Source: Chrysomallon squamiferum (Eukaryota; Animalia; Mollusca). Taken from it: 64,000 nt of DNA. The stretch spans positions 13,144,001-13,208,000 of the forward strand of contig CM022679.1 in the NCBI GenBank assembly GCA_012295275.1. Direction: 5' to 3'. The translations under genes and the position numbers were made by a program. Below the pieces are notes generated by a model, which was not told the DNA's origin, ran no database searches, and saw only the letters and a program-made list of their open reading frames with translations. Below are positions 1 to 11,836 of this stretch, one piece after another. Position 1 is the first letter of the stretch; every line of letters begins with the position of its first letter.

Positions 1-174
1 TAACACAACAGAGATGCTTCCGCGACGAGGTAACCACGTGAAGTAAAACGAATGAGACGTGGGATGCTGGCCGGATGTTATGTTGTTCGTTGCGCCAAAA
101 AGAGGCGGCATGCATCTGCTCATAACTCGAAAAACTCGTAAGTTGGGGCATTCGTAAGTCGAGGTACCACTATA
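1..174. mobile_element. End of a Tc1/mariner-superfamily (Tigger/pogo-like) DNA element, truncated by the window edge
   Basis: Ends in CGAGGTACCACTATA, close to the reverse complement of the TA-CAGTGGTACCTCG terminus of Tigger/pogo elements; repeated subterminal CTCG/TCGTAAGT motifs; abrupt switch to AT-rich flank. Confidence 0.5.
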
Positions 175-1766
175 TTTTTTTATTTTATTTTATTTTTTTA
201 AATCTTGGCCCACGAGTCAGAAAGCATCATGTCGATTCTTCTCAACAAGAACCACCATTATTCTGTCTGTATGTTACAACACCAAAATTATGTATATTCA
301 ATTTGAATGTATATGTGTGTACGTACATACATAAGTATGTATGTACGTACACACAGTTACTTTACACAGACTGAACTATTCGTCCTAATACAATGAATAT
401 ATGTTAAGTCCATCATATAATCATTATATTAGAACGAATAGTTAAGTCTATATAATAAATACAATAATAAAAAAATAAAGAAAATACTACAGAGCGGAAG
501 GCGAGCCAGTCATGCGTATTGTAATTTGAGCAACAAAAGCTACAAATGCATCAATGTATAGCAAGCAAGACGCTTTCTAGTTTTTAACCTGGGTTTATAA
601 TATAATACAGAATTAAATATCTAGACAGCTGTATGTGATGCTGTTTCGGCAATTGCAATGAAAATTTTATTCACCTGAAGCATTATCCTTCAAAAATAAT
701 CTTCAAGATGTGGAACGTAAATTGAATTAGGAAGCTTTTCTTGGAATTTTGCTACGGTTTGTTCTTCTGAGGCTGAAACAAATACACAAAATGGTTATAA
801 AAACTAACAAACTGCCGTGTCAAATATACCAGTTGTTTATATATATACATATTTATATATATATATATACCATAGTAGCCACGAACAGATTTTTCTTTTT
901 ATTTATTTATTTATTTTGTTATTTTATTTTATTTTATTTTTTTTATTAACTGCATATATACTTTTATTTTCAAATATTTATAATAAGAGATTGTTAACAT
1001 ATTTTTATCAACACGTGATTTTAAACAAAACTGACTCGAAAAGGCAAAACAACAACAACAAAACGAAGAAGAAAACGCTTTCTTACCTACAATGATATAA
1101 AATAAACCAGCGAAATTGATCCACATTTGACAAGCAAGCAATGACCTGTGTTGTATTATACGACCTTTACTCTGTTTGTTCTAGTCTGAAAAGAACAGTT
1201 CATAAATGATAACAACTGATAAAGGGTTGTGTGGCAGAGGGTGCAGCTTCTTAGATGCATCCATTTCATGGCGGCCTCCAGTACAAGAATTTAAAATTAA
1301 ATTTTTTTAGAAATTTGAAATTATATCTCATAATTTTATTGCACAAGCTGGCACCCAAAATGGACGATATATATTTAATCTGAATAAAAAGTTCATTTCA
1401 TCTGTTTTTACATATTAATCTTAAGATGAATTCCTTTCCCAACTTTCTCGGTGCTAGGACCTATACTTGAGTCTTGGAGGCATTAATTCAAGAAGTGGCA
1501 TAATTTCTTTTTGTGAATTTATATACCGTACCATGACTATGACCGTGTCTTGAAGATCACCTAAAATAGCACTCGGTTTGATGGTTCTGTTTAGAAAGAA
1601 GAATAAGAAGAAGGAAAGAAAGAAAGAATATTTATCTGGATAAGCATCTCCAATTGTCTGGACTGCTGTGCTCGTTCAAGTCATGATGGCGAGGCACCAT
1701 TTGATTATTCTTAGTCGCTATAGACTTTTTTGACTAAGAAAAGTTCGACTTCCGTGTTTATTATTA

Positions 1767-1774
1767 TGACGTCA
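1767..1774. promoter_or_regulatory. Perfect CRE (TGACGTCA) upstream of GPCR 1
   Basis: Palindromic CREB/ATF consensus, followed ~115 bp later by candidate donors (AAG|GTAAG|GTAAT ~1886-1895); candidate acceptor (T)nCTCAG at ~2477 suggests a 5' UTR intron. Confidence 0.45.
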
Positions 1775-3258
1775 CAAAGCCGTTCTGCTGAAAAACAAAT
1801 AACACGTCATCATTATATAATTAATTAGTGAAATTTTCGTTTCATTATTGCAAAGTTAGTTCTTTCAGAAAAAAGGAAGTTAAAAGGTAAGGTAATTCGT
1901 AGAACTGGTCGTGATTGGCTTTGTAGAATTAACTGTAAATGGTATGATAAATCGTCTGTACGAAAATTAAATATAAAAGAGAAAACTACATGCCTATTCT
2001 ACTGTGATTATAATCAGAAGTGTCATTTTAATAATTTTTTGCAAAAAAACACAAAAAAAAACAGGCCAGTTTTAATGTTATGATGCTCTAAACTAAGGAA
2101 ACCAACAGAGGGCCGTTTTGGCAAGTTCTAACAATGAAAAAATGGGTCATTTTAACAGCTGTTCTCATTAATGTTATCTTGTAATACAGAATCAACATAT
2201 GTTTCATTTGTGACGACTGGAAACTATAAATAATAATAATAATAATAATATATTTATATTCCCTTGCTGTTAATCGAAAAAGATTCGCCCTTTGCAAGGT
2301 ATTCCCAGATTTTCAGAGTTGGACCTCAATCATATTTATAGAATCACGTAATCTTTCATCGATAAAAATTTGTTAAGTATATATTATTAAAATTGGCTAA
2401 ATGCTTCGTCATCGAGACATCATTGCTTTCCAAATATTCATATTAATAAAGTTTATAAATAACATTTTTTTTCTCAGTTTCAGTTAAAAAAAAAAAAGAA
2501 GGAACGATTCGATGTATCTGTTTTCTTTAATGTTAGAAATACTTTGGCATGACTGGGGCACAAAAGGAGAAGAAATTCCTACAGAAATTCTGAAGCGTAT
2601 TTCAGCCGTCATGGTTCTAGAGTTGCTAACCCAACCAGAGACATAAAGTTAATAATATAGACATATTTTAGAACAAAAATAATAACTATTTTATATAAAT
2701 CCTTGGTGGTCGGTAGAAGAAAAGACTTTTTTTTTCTTCTTTTTTTTTTTTTTTTAAATAATAATAATAGTAAACAAAGAGTAACAGAGACAAAGAAGAA
2801 AATGATTACAAAAATTACTACATAACTAAGATTATTGGCAATGAGTAAAGAAAACGATGAAACGAACTGGCTTGTCTTTCCTAATACATGCTTGTATTAT
2901 CTGTGTACACCGGATACCGTCATCGAAAAATGACTCAAGCAGTTCCACAGTTTGGCCATCACTTTAAGAAAACGAAATTATACAACATAGACTTATTTAA
3001 AACACGAACAGAAGAGGATAGGAAAATAAAAAATTACTGAACATAATTCTGGACAAAAACTGGCTAAAACTGAATTATTTTAATTGATAAATACTATAAC
3101 GACTACCTGAACTTAAAAGAAAATTAAACAGTTTGGAATATATAAACCATTTTTTTTCTTTCTTTTCTTTTCTTTTGGCTGCACTGACGTTATTTTAAAC
3201 AAAAGAGAAAAATGTACTGAAATAACAGCTAAACGTTTTGCATAGTTTCTTTAGTCAG

Positions 3259-4293
3259 ATGAATTCAAGTGACACTTCACTTGATACCAGACTAAATTCA
3301 AACTTCTACCGACAATACTACATTTTTCTTGAGGTGGGTTATGCAATGATATCACTTGGCATGATACTCACAGTTTTCATCTGCGTTGGAAATCTGCTGA
3401 CGATCGTTGCAGTGTATAAGACGCCATGTCTGCAGACTATACCCAACATGTACGTCGTCTCGCTGGCAGTAGCCGACTTTCTCAACGGTTTGATCATTCC
3501 CTACTACGTCTTCAAATGGTATCCGCCCTTCGAAAAAAGACTCCATGACAGCAAATTCCTTTGCCTGATCCGTATGGTGTTTTATCTGGTGTTTGCACTG
3601 AATTCCGTGTTCTGCATCGTGGCAATATCTTTTGACAGGTTCATGTTCATTCGATACCCACTCAGATACGAAGCCTTGTTCACGTTCAGGAAAGCAGCCG
3701 CAGTCATTGCCTGCCTCTGGTTGTTGTCCATCGTTTTAGGAGGCATCCCACTTTTCTACAACTCCTGGAGACCGGGCATGTGCACCTACCTGGTCGTTCC
3801 GATAAAATACTACGTGTTCGTGCTGTTTCCAGTCTTCGTTACGTGCTTAGCTCTAACTGGCACCTTTTACGGCTACATTACCTGCACTGCCTTTGGGATA
3901 CGGCAGAGAGATCGGAGAAGGTCGAGCATCGCCAGCAACATAATAGAGCCTCGGCGCAGCATCATTGAATGGAAAACGATCAAGATGTTCATAGTGGTGT
4001 TCGGAGTTTTCTTTTTCAGCTGGATTCCCAGCTTCATGTCGCTGACGGTCGTCTATTTGTCCGACGAACTCGAATGGTTTCACTTGGGATTTTGGACAAG
4101 AATGTACTTCCAGTACACGGTTTTGCTAGGGTTCGTCAATTCTGGTACGAACTTTATAATATATGCATGTAAAAACTGGCAATTCCAGTCTGCCTTTCAA
4201 AGAATACTGAGAATTGGTCCGAGAGTAAGACGGCGCGAGCGTTCAAGATCAGGTGATTGTATTGATCATGAACGGTTTCCTATTATTAATTAA
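3259..4293 (+). CDS. Class A (rhodopsin-like) GPCR, orphan, amine/adenosine-receptor-like; intronless CDS
   Basis: Seven hydrophobic segments; GN in TM1, SLAVAD in TM2, Cys at top of TM3, DRF in place of DRY, W in TM4, SWIP in TM6, NFIIY in TM7, helix 8 FQSAF. First ATG at 3259 (MNSS, an N-glycosylation sequon); the ORF-track start at 3238 is TTG. Confidence 0.93.
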   Translation: MNSSDTSLDTRLNSNFYRQYYIFLEVGYAMISLGMILTVFICVGNLLTIVAVYKTPCLQTIPNMYVVSLAVADFLNGLIIPYYVFKWYPPFEKRLHDSKFLCLIRMVFYLVFALNSVFCIVAISFDRFMFIRYPLRYEALFTFRKAAAVIACLWLLSIVLGGIPLFYNSWRPGMCTYLVVPIKYYVFVLFPVFVTCLALTGTFYGYITCTAFGIRQRDRRRSSIASNIIEPRRSIIEWKTIKMFIVVFGVFFFSWIPSFMSLTVVYLSDELEWFHLGFWTRMYFQYTVLLGFVNSGTNFIIYACKNWQFQSAFQRILRIGPRVRRRERSRSGDCIDHERFPIIN

Positions 4294-4364
4294 ACGTATT
4301 ATTTTTATTATTAATTAAACGTATTATTTTTATTATTAATAAAACGTTTTATTATTAATAAAAC

Positions 4365-4412
<48 letters not shown>
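4281..4412. repeat. ~26-bp imperfect tandem repeat spanning the GPCR 1 stop codon, grading into (ATT)n
   Basis: TATTATTAATTAAACGTATTATTTT-like unit about 3-4 times, then an (ATT)n run. Confidence 0.75.
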
Positions 4413-4414
<2 letters not shown>

Positions 4415-4930
4415 ACATGTAACATATATAAATATATAGACACGCATGCATATATCTCTATATACAAATATATCTGCATACATTAATACGTTCATACATA
4501 AACACACATACATACATACGTACGTACGTTACTTTTATTCTTGTTATATTTTAATTTTATTTATTGAGTCAGTTAGTTAATTAGTTTATTTTAGTTAGTT
4601 AGTTTATTTGATTTAGTTTTATTTTTCAGTTACAATAAATCCGGCTCGAGTTACTAGTGTCTGCAGGAAAAAATTTCCATTTCTTAAGTATCCATCCGAT
4701 AGTATTAGCCTACGTCCTCAACCACGTTCGACAAGTGAGGTGATCAGAAAATATAAACCTCACCTTAGTGAGGTGAATGGTTAATTCCAAAATAGTTTCC
4801 AGTTCTAAGTTATTGTTGAACTAGTTTGAGTGAAACAGGACTTTGAAAGTCTAATCGAGAAAATCATTAAAAAAATCAAAAGAAATCTTAAATCAGGATA
4901 ACCTTTTAAATGATGTGGTCAATAGATTAC

Positions 4931-4933
<3 letters not shown>

Positions 4934-5000
<67 letters not shown>
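4934..5000. repeat. (TA)n microsatellite
   Basis: Direct reading. Confidence 0.95.
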
Positions 5001-5006
<6 letters not shown>

Positions 5007-5458
5007 TAAAGGGGGGAAAAGAAAGAACAAAAGAAAGAAAGGAAGGAAGAAAAAAGAAATAAAATGAAAAAAGAATTAGAGATTTTTAGTGGTGAAGAAA
5101 TTAGCATGAACATATTAAAAGACAGTGATGAGGAAAGAAGAAAGAAGTTACACGGAACAAGAAAAAACGAGTACCCGAGATTGTGTTTGTGTGTACGTGT
5201 GAGTGAGTGTGTGTGTGTGTGTGTGAGTGCGTGCGTGAACAAAATTATGTACATGAACTGTTGTTTATTAAAAAATATATATTTCGTAGCATATGTTTAT
5301 TTTTTTTCGTTAGATATTAGTAGGGTTAACAATGTTCAGTGAATGTATATTGCAAGAACCATCCACTGCGATTATCCATGGAAATTAAATGCAAATATGT
5401 CGTCAGAATCGTAAGAGAGAAATGTTTCATTTAACGACACATTTGTTTTCATGAAGAA

Positions 5459-5461
<3 letters not shown>

Positions 5462-5546
<85 letters not shown>
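5462..5546. repeat. (GA)n microsatellite
   Basis: Direct reading. Confidence 0.95.
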
Positions 5547-5556
<10 letters not shown>

Positions 5557-6119
5557 CTGAAATATTGTGCGCATGTGCATTACAACCACCACTACTATAT
5601 ATCCCATCACTCAGTAAACGATTTAGATTGTATAAGCCCCATTAATATTTCCAAGAGGAACGAAAAAGTTCAAGAAAATGATACAGCTTTTCACTATTTT
5701 GTTTTCTCTTGAGTTCCATGACTTTCAGTGCCTAAAGCCCAAGCCTTAATCCAGCACTGCCATCACTTGACGCCTTTGAAATGTTATTTAATACATTTTT
5801 ATTGTAATATTTATTTAAAATAATTTTTGTTTCTTTTTTTCTTAAATAATATCACTCGAGATTATTAACTGTCAAAATAAAAATTACAATAAAAAAAATA
5901 TTTATATGTGTGTGTTTACGTGAGTATGTGTGTGTTTATACCATAAGAAAAATAACACACAGAGAGACAAAACAAAAAAACAACAACATTGTTCTAAAGA
6001 TATAAAAACCATTTAATGGTTTCTGGGCATTATAAATAATATTTGATTGTGATAACGTGTTCCTGTTTTATATACGTTAAGGTCGATTCAAAAAGAATGA
6101 AGGCTATTTATGAATGAAT

Positions 6120-6805
6120 ATTTAGCATGTCATGGCAAGGCATATCTGTAGCCATCGAGGGTAGTGAAAAGACAGATTCTTCTGCCAAGTCAGCTTGAGA
6201 TTTTCCTTATGTCAAGGTTTGTGTGCCTTGCAGTGATTTTAAACATCAGATTCACCAGTATATTATTTTGATTTGGCAAGATGAGTAAAACGATGCAGTC
6301 ACGAAAACATTTCATTCTGTCGAGCCAATCCTGGGATACTGACAGTCTCCCTACAGAACACGCAAGGAGTATGAGATAGTCTGGAGTCGTGCTCGCATCG
6401 GTCATTCTTGTCTGATCCATTCATTTACTCTGAAGAAGGATCGTCCACCTCAGTGTGAACATTGTGTGTGTGTATGATAGTACGCTTCATTTTGGTGCAG
6501 TGCGATTATCTCAAGAAGATTAGGAAAGATATATGAGGTCAAATGCATGTGATCAGATCATTTCGATTTCTTCCTGAACCTGTTTTAAAAAACATTCTAA
6601 ATACAGAATTTTACTTATAAGTTTTGATTTAATTAAACTGTGATACTTTTATCTTTGCACAGCTCTTCGCACTTTGTTTTAATTAACTTTTGAATTTTTA
6701 TAATGAAGTAAACATCATTTTGTTGTATTTACCTTTGGTTTGACATCCAATAGCAGATATGTTTTTCGTGCTGTGCAGTCGTTAAACATTCGTTCGTTCA
6801 TTCGA
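6120..6805 (+). mobile_element. Degenerate 5'-truncated non-LTR retrotransposon (RNase H-bearing, I-group-like), 3' end
   Basis: Plus-strand fragments translate to IEGSEKTDSSAKSA (RNase H GIxGNExAD-like), then SRARIGHSCLIHSFTLKKDRPPQCEHC and IVRFILVQC (RxGH...CxxC...HILxEC zinc-knuckle region); stops and frameshifts; ends in a GTCGTTAAAC(ATTC)n-like tail. Confidence 0.75.
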
Positions 6806-7177
6806 ACAGGAATATTAATCATGTAGATCTATATAAAAATCTAATATTAATCTATAATGACAAAATTGAAGTGGAAGCGGACCATTTTTAAAGACAAAAA
6901 AAAAGTGGTTAAATTTCTTTGGACCGGGATCTCATCTGACGAATTAACAGGAGCGGCGACTGCCGCGAATTCAAAGGCAAGTTATATAAATGCATTATAT
7001 AGTATTTAGTATATACTTTATTGCGTTAAATGTAAAGTTGGGTTTTAGGATATCTGTCAGCCTGTGAGACAGTCATTAAATCATAACATAAAGCTATAGC
7101 GACGTTTTAGTGTTATATACATGACCGAATTATCTGCTAAAGTTACGTGCCACGTTATTGATCGCTACACCAAATAC

Positions 7178-7185
7178 TGACGTCA
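7178..7185. promoter_or_regulatory. Perfect CRE (TGACGTCA) upstream of GPCR 2
   Basis: Palindromic consensus ~390 bp before the ATG; a CRE-like TGACATCA follows at ~7195. Confidence 0.45.
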
Positions 7186-7573
7186 TATATCTTATGACAT
7201 CACCAATGCCGTTCTTGTACGTACAAATTGTCTTCCGGTCGTGTACACTGAGCAAGAAGAAAAAGATTTTTTAGAAATTTTATTTCATGTGACAATACTT
7301 TTCTTTTCAAAATTTTTATTATGCGAGCACTGAGAACGGACCGTAATATAGGACAGACGTGGAGCTTATAAAACTTAATGGAAAAAACCTGTTAATTGCA
7401 GATATTAATAATGAAGGGATAATGTATTTGCCTGGCATGTCGGCAGCTCGAAGAGTAACAGAAACTCAAATAAATGCGTAAAGCAAGTAAGAGAAACAGA
7501 CAATGAAAGGCGATACCATTGTCTGCAATCGATATTCTGAAGAAATGTTTATCAGACAATAGTTATCCTGGAT

Positions 7574-8766
7574 ATGTTGATATGTTTGATGTCAGATTTA
7601 GAAAGCGATCAAACATTTTTATTAGACTTGAATGACACCTACGACAACGTCACTGTCACCGAACAGTTTGCACCAATCCACATTGCGGTAATTTCGTTAT
7701 GTTTTCTACTAATGGCTGTAATCTGCACAGGGAACTTTCTGACTATTCTTGCAGTGTGCATTACACCTTCACTGAGAACTGCGTCAAACATGTACGTCGT
7801 TTCGCTGGCGTCAGCCGATTTCTTAACAGGAACAACAATACCGTATTTTGCCCTAGCTTGGTATCCGCCATTCTGGCACGAGTTGAATCGCAACAAATAT
7901 TTGTGCGTGATGCGCATGGTTTTGTACTTAACTTTTGTGTGTAACTCAGTATTCTGTATTGTCGTAATAGCATTTGACAGATTCTTGTTCATCAGATTTC
8001 CTCTGCAGTACGATTATTACTACAGTCATGCGAAGGTTCGGGGTATTATTGCTGTTCTGTGGTTATTTTCTGTTTTCTTGGGTACTGTTCCACTTTACTA
8101 CAACGACTGGACAGAAGGCGTCGGCTGCTTTTCTTTTCACGTCGTTCCGTACGAATACATAGCTTATGTTCTGTTTCCACTTTTCGCTTTATGTTCACTA
8201 CTGACTGCTGGTTTTACGGATATATTGTTAGGACGGCAAACTGGCATCTCAGCAGAGAACGGAAATCGTCTGTTCATTATTCCTTTTCCACGCCTCACGC
8301 TCACACTCGCATTCATCTACATTTTTCTCTTTCGTCGGAGTGGAAGTCTTGGAAAATGTTTATAATAGTGTTCGGGATTTTCTTTGCCTGCTGGGGCCCT
8401 TGCCTTCTTGTTCTAGTCATCCACAAGCACGTCTATATGAACCGTTTGGAAATGGAATTGATAGTGTGTCTAGGGTTTGTAAACGCTGGGATGGATTTTT
8501 TAATATATGCGTATCAAAATAAAGCGTTTCGACAAGCCTTTAAAAGCATGTTCTTTAAATCAGTGCCCGTACATCAGAAAGTAACCGACAGGTGGAAACT
8601 TATTGTGAATCTGATTCGTAGTCAAGGGTCTGAAATGTATCACATATTTTCACAGGATGTTACTCCTGGGCGCGGATCGAGCCGCTCTCCGTTTTCATTC
8701 AAAGAACAGACGATTACGATACCGTTAGAAACGCAGACGCCATCTAAAGAAACCACACATTCATAG
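7574..8766 (+). CDS. Class A GPCR paralogue 2, split by a 1-nt frameshift at ~8212-8215 (assembly error or young pseudogene)
   Basis: ORF 7574.. encodes TM1-TM5 (GN, SLASAD, DRF); ORF 8059..8766 encodes FYGY, SEWKSWKMFIIVFG, CWGP and DFLIY (TM5 end to TM7). Adding one T to GGTTTTAC (GGT TTT TAC) restores a colinear paralogue of GPCR 1 and 3. Confidence 0.88.
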
Positions 8767-9819
8767 TAAACGTTATAAACAGTAACATGTCCTTTGAATA
8801 CAGACCAAAATACCTAACAATTTGTCATTAAGGCATTTGAGATTATCTTACAAATGTTTCAGAAATCCAGCTTACAGAGACTGCAGACAAATACTGACTT
8901 GAATTAACCGTTATCTGTAGCTGTAATATTTCTCTAATAAGACTGAATGGAAAAGATAGCTAAATACTAATATGATATAACATATATTCTATTATTATTA
9001 TCATCATCATCATCTTTGTCTGAAATATAATAACTACTGAAGGATATATATTTGTTCTTGAACAAGTATCTAAACATATATTCACTCACACTCACACACA
9101 AATACACACACATACACACATATATATAAATTTGAGTAGTTTATGACAGAAAAAAAACAGTTCTATATTTATCCTTTAATAGTCTAAGTTACTGATTTTA
9201 TTATGAAAGATGTACAAATGTAATAATGTCTAATATTAGAAACTGAAATATGAATAAGGACAGTTTTATAGAAACATTCACAAATATTAAAACAGTTTTA
9301 AATACAGATACTACTCTGTTTTGTCACTTATTTATTGTTTGTTTATTTATCTATCTATCTATCTGTCTATCTATTTATTTACTTATATATTTACTTGTTT
9401 GTTTATTTTTAACAGAAGGTAACAAATAAAAGTGAGAAAAGATAACGAGAATTTCTTCTGTTGTTCTAAATACAACATTGTAATGAGAAAAGAAAAAAGA
9501 AAAAGATAATGATAATCGAAAGAATCTAAATTAAGCTAGAAATAGATATTGGGTTAAAGAAAGTCTTTGTAATCATAACTCTCGCAAACAAATTTTATGA
9601 CAGCGTAAGATATAAGGGTTTTTCTTTTTGTTTTTGGAAATGTTTTGTTTGTTTGTTTGTTTCGGCTTGTACTAAATAACATACATTCGAAGATCCCTAT
9701 TAATATAGAGTGTAAATGATAATAAAAACGACAACAATTAATTTCTAACTAAATGATAACAAAATAAGCAAAGCCGGATAAAGATGTGGGCTTTTGGGGC
9801 TGCAGCCAAGGGCCTCACC

Positions 9820-10064
9820 CAGTGTCGTGCAGAGCCAGGCCGGCGGGACGGTGGCCCCGGGCATCCAATCAGAGAAAAGAACTTAATAAATTTGGTTGAT
9901 TTATATTTAAATCGAATAAAGTGTTTATTTTATTTCATCTGTTTACATATTCAAAATATCTTCCTTTCTCATAATATTTCTCAGTACAGGCCTTATACTT
10001 GAGTCTTTGGGGCATACAATCACGGAGTTGGCCCCGGGATCCACCAGACCTCTGCACGCCACTA
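9820..10064. mobile_element. hAT-type MITE, 245 bp
   Basis: 15-bp TIRs CAGTGTCGTGCAGAG / CTCTGCACGCCACTA and a perfect 8-bp TSD GCCTCACC (9812-9819, 10065-10072); 8-bp TSDs are characteristic of hAT elements. Confidence 0.85.
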
Positions 10065-10283
10065 GCCTCACCGCGTCTGTAGCTCAGGGACCTACAAAAT
10101 CGTATGTGTAGCTTGTGAAGAGTACAAATAAAAATAACAGTGACCTGACGTAGGTGCGGTAAGACAGAATTTTGGTACGCGGGACAAAACGTCTTAGAAC
10201 GCCTATGCACCTGAGAATTACAATTTTCGGTTTTAATTAATAAAAATAAAAATGTGTAATTATCAACTGCGTTCATTAGTCTA

Positions 10284-10315
<32 letters not shown>

Positions 10316-10430
10316 TTCTTTAATTTGGACAGAAGCATGGTTGATTGTAACATCCTTAATACAGCATCATATAAATTAGGTATAATAATAGTACAGAGAA
10401 TAGAAATAAATGCCCTTTGTTTTTGGCCTC

Positions 10431-10454
10431 TGACGTCAGCTTTTCGCGACGTCA
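10431..10454. promoter_or_regulatory. Perfect CRE plus adjacent CGACGTCA upstream of GPCR 3
   Basis: TGACGTCA at 10431-10438 with a near-consensus copy ~16 bp later; candidate donors at ~10642/10684 and a strong acceptor TTTTCTGTTTCTTTTGCAG ending at 11435. Confidence 0.5.
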
Positions 10455-11836
10455 GGCAGCCGATGAGCAAACTGTACCTTTGTTATTGCTTTCAAAACTG
10501 GTTAATAAGAAACGCTAAGTAAAGCGCCGTGCATTTCATGTACGACGAAACCAACCACAAACCACAACCGCAAAATTCCCACAAGAATAGTAATTCAAAG
10601 GTAATTCGATTTAAACAATTTATACAAGAAGACTGAGAAAGGTAAAGCGTTTATAACTCATATTTTGTTTTGCGTTTTATCAGGTCAGTTTATAAAATTT
10701 ATCAAAATATAGTACTGTATGTTTAGGCGAGTTTATAAATAATTTTGTTTAATAATTTTCTGCATACGATGAGGCGTAAAACAAAGAATTAAGGGGACAT
10801 AATTATCTTTGACTACAGCAGTGTGGAATCTGTCATACATTGGTGATACGATGAAATACTAGTCTAAAAATATTCTGCATATTTATGAGTGTGTGTGTGT
10901 GTGTGTGTTGTTGTTGTTTTGTTTTGTTTCTTTCATTTTCATTCCATCTTAGTTAATAACGATATATTACAACAAAAGAGTATAGTTAAAAAGTATTTGG
11001 GTATAACCATGTTCCTATTGTAGTGACTTTATAGTATACAATTGGACCAACCTGCCCAAAGATTCTTATAATGTAAAATAATAATAATATAAATAATAAT
11101 AATAATATATCATTCCACCATGTCTGTAGTGACGTGACAGTATTACGGTGTATCAGATGTTCTGAAACAGTATTATTTATTATGATTCTACATTATTAAC
11201 AAGCATAGGTCATCCGTAAAATAATAATTTTAAAGTACTTTATTATTGACACGATTAATTTGTTCAGTCAAAGCACTCTTTAAATTTATTTTATGCTTTC
11301 TGTAACATATAACAATTAATTTAATGCTGGATATTTCTTTTCTTCTTCTTCTTTTTTTATTTATTTAGTTTTAATGCAGCGGTCGTTTGTGCATGTATTT
11401 GACCAATGATGTATCTTTTTCTGTTTCTTTTGCAGAAGACTACTGTCAACGAAGAATAGCTGCTGCAGAATCACAAAGATTTCAAAGAAAGTGCAAATTT
11501 CATTTTAAAATAATAAGAAAAGTTGAAAAGAATTGAAAACTACTTCTGAATATAAACAAACAAAAAATGAATTAAGATATACATGTATCTTTAAAAAGAA
11601 GACGACGAAACACGATAAATACGTCAAAAGAAACTGAATACACCGAATTAACATTCCAAGATATGGATCAGAATAATCATAAATTGTTAGAAATATTTCA
11701 TTTCACGTTTTCTGTATAATGGCTAATCACGACAAAGGACAGATTAAAGCAGTGTTTGGCAGGTTTTATTTGTTGCAATTCATCACCACTGTCTGAATAA
11801 TTAAATTTAGTATATGCATCCTCCTCGACCATTCCA

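Noticed and set aside
5451-5645. ER-repeat ORF
   Set aside because: (GA)n microsatellite translation.
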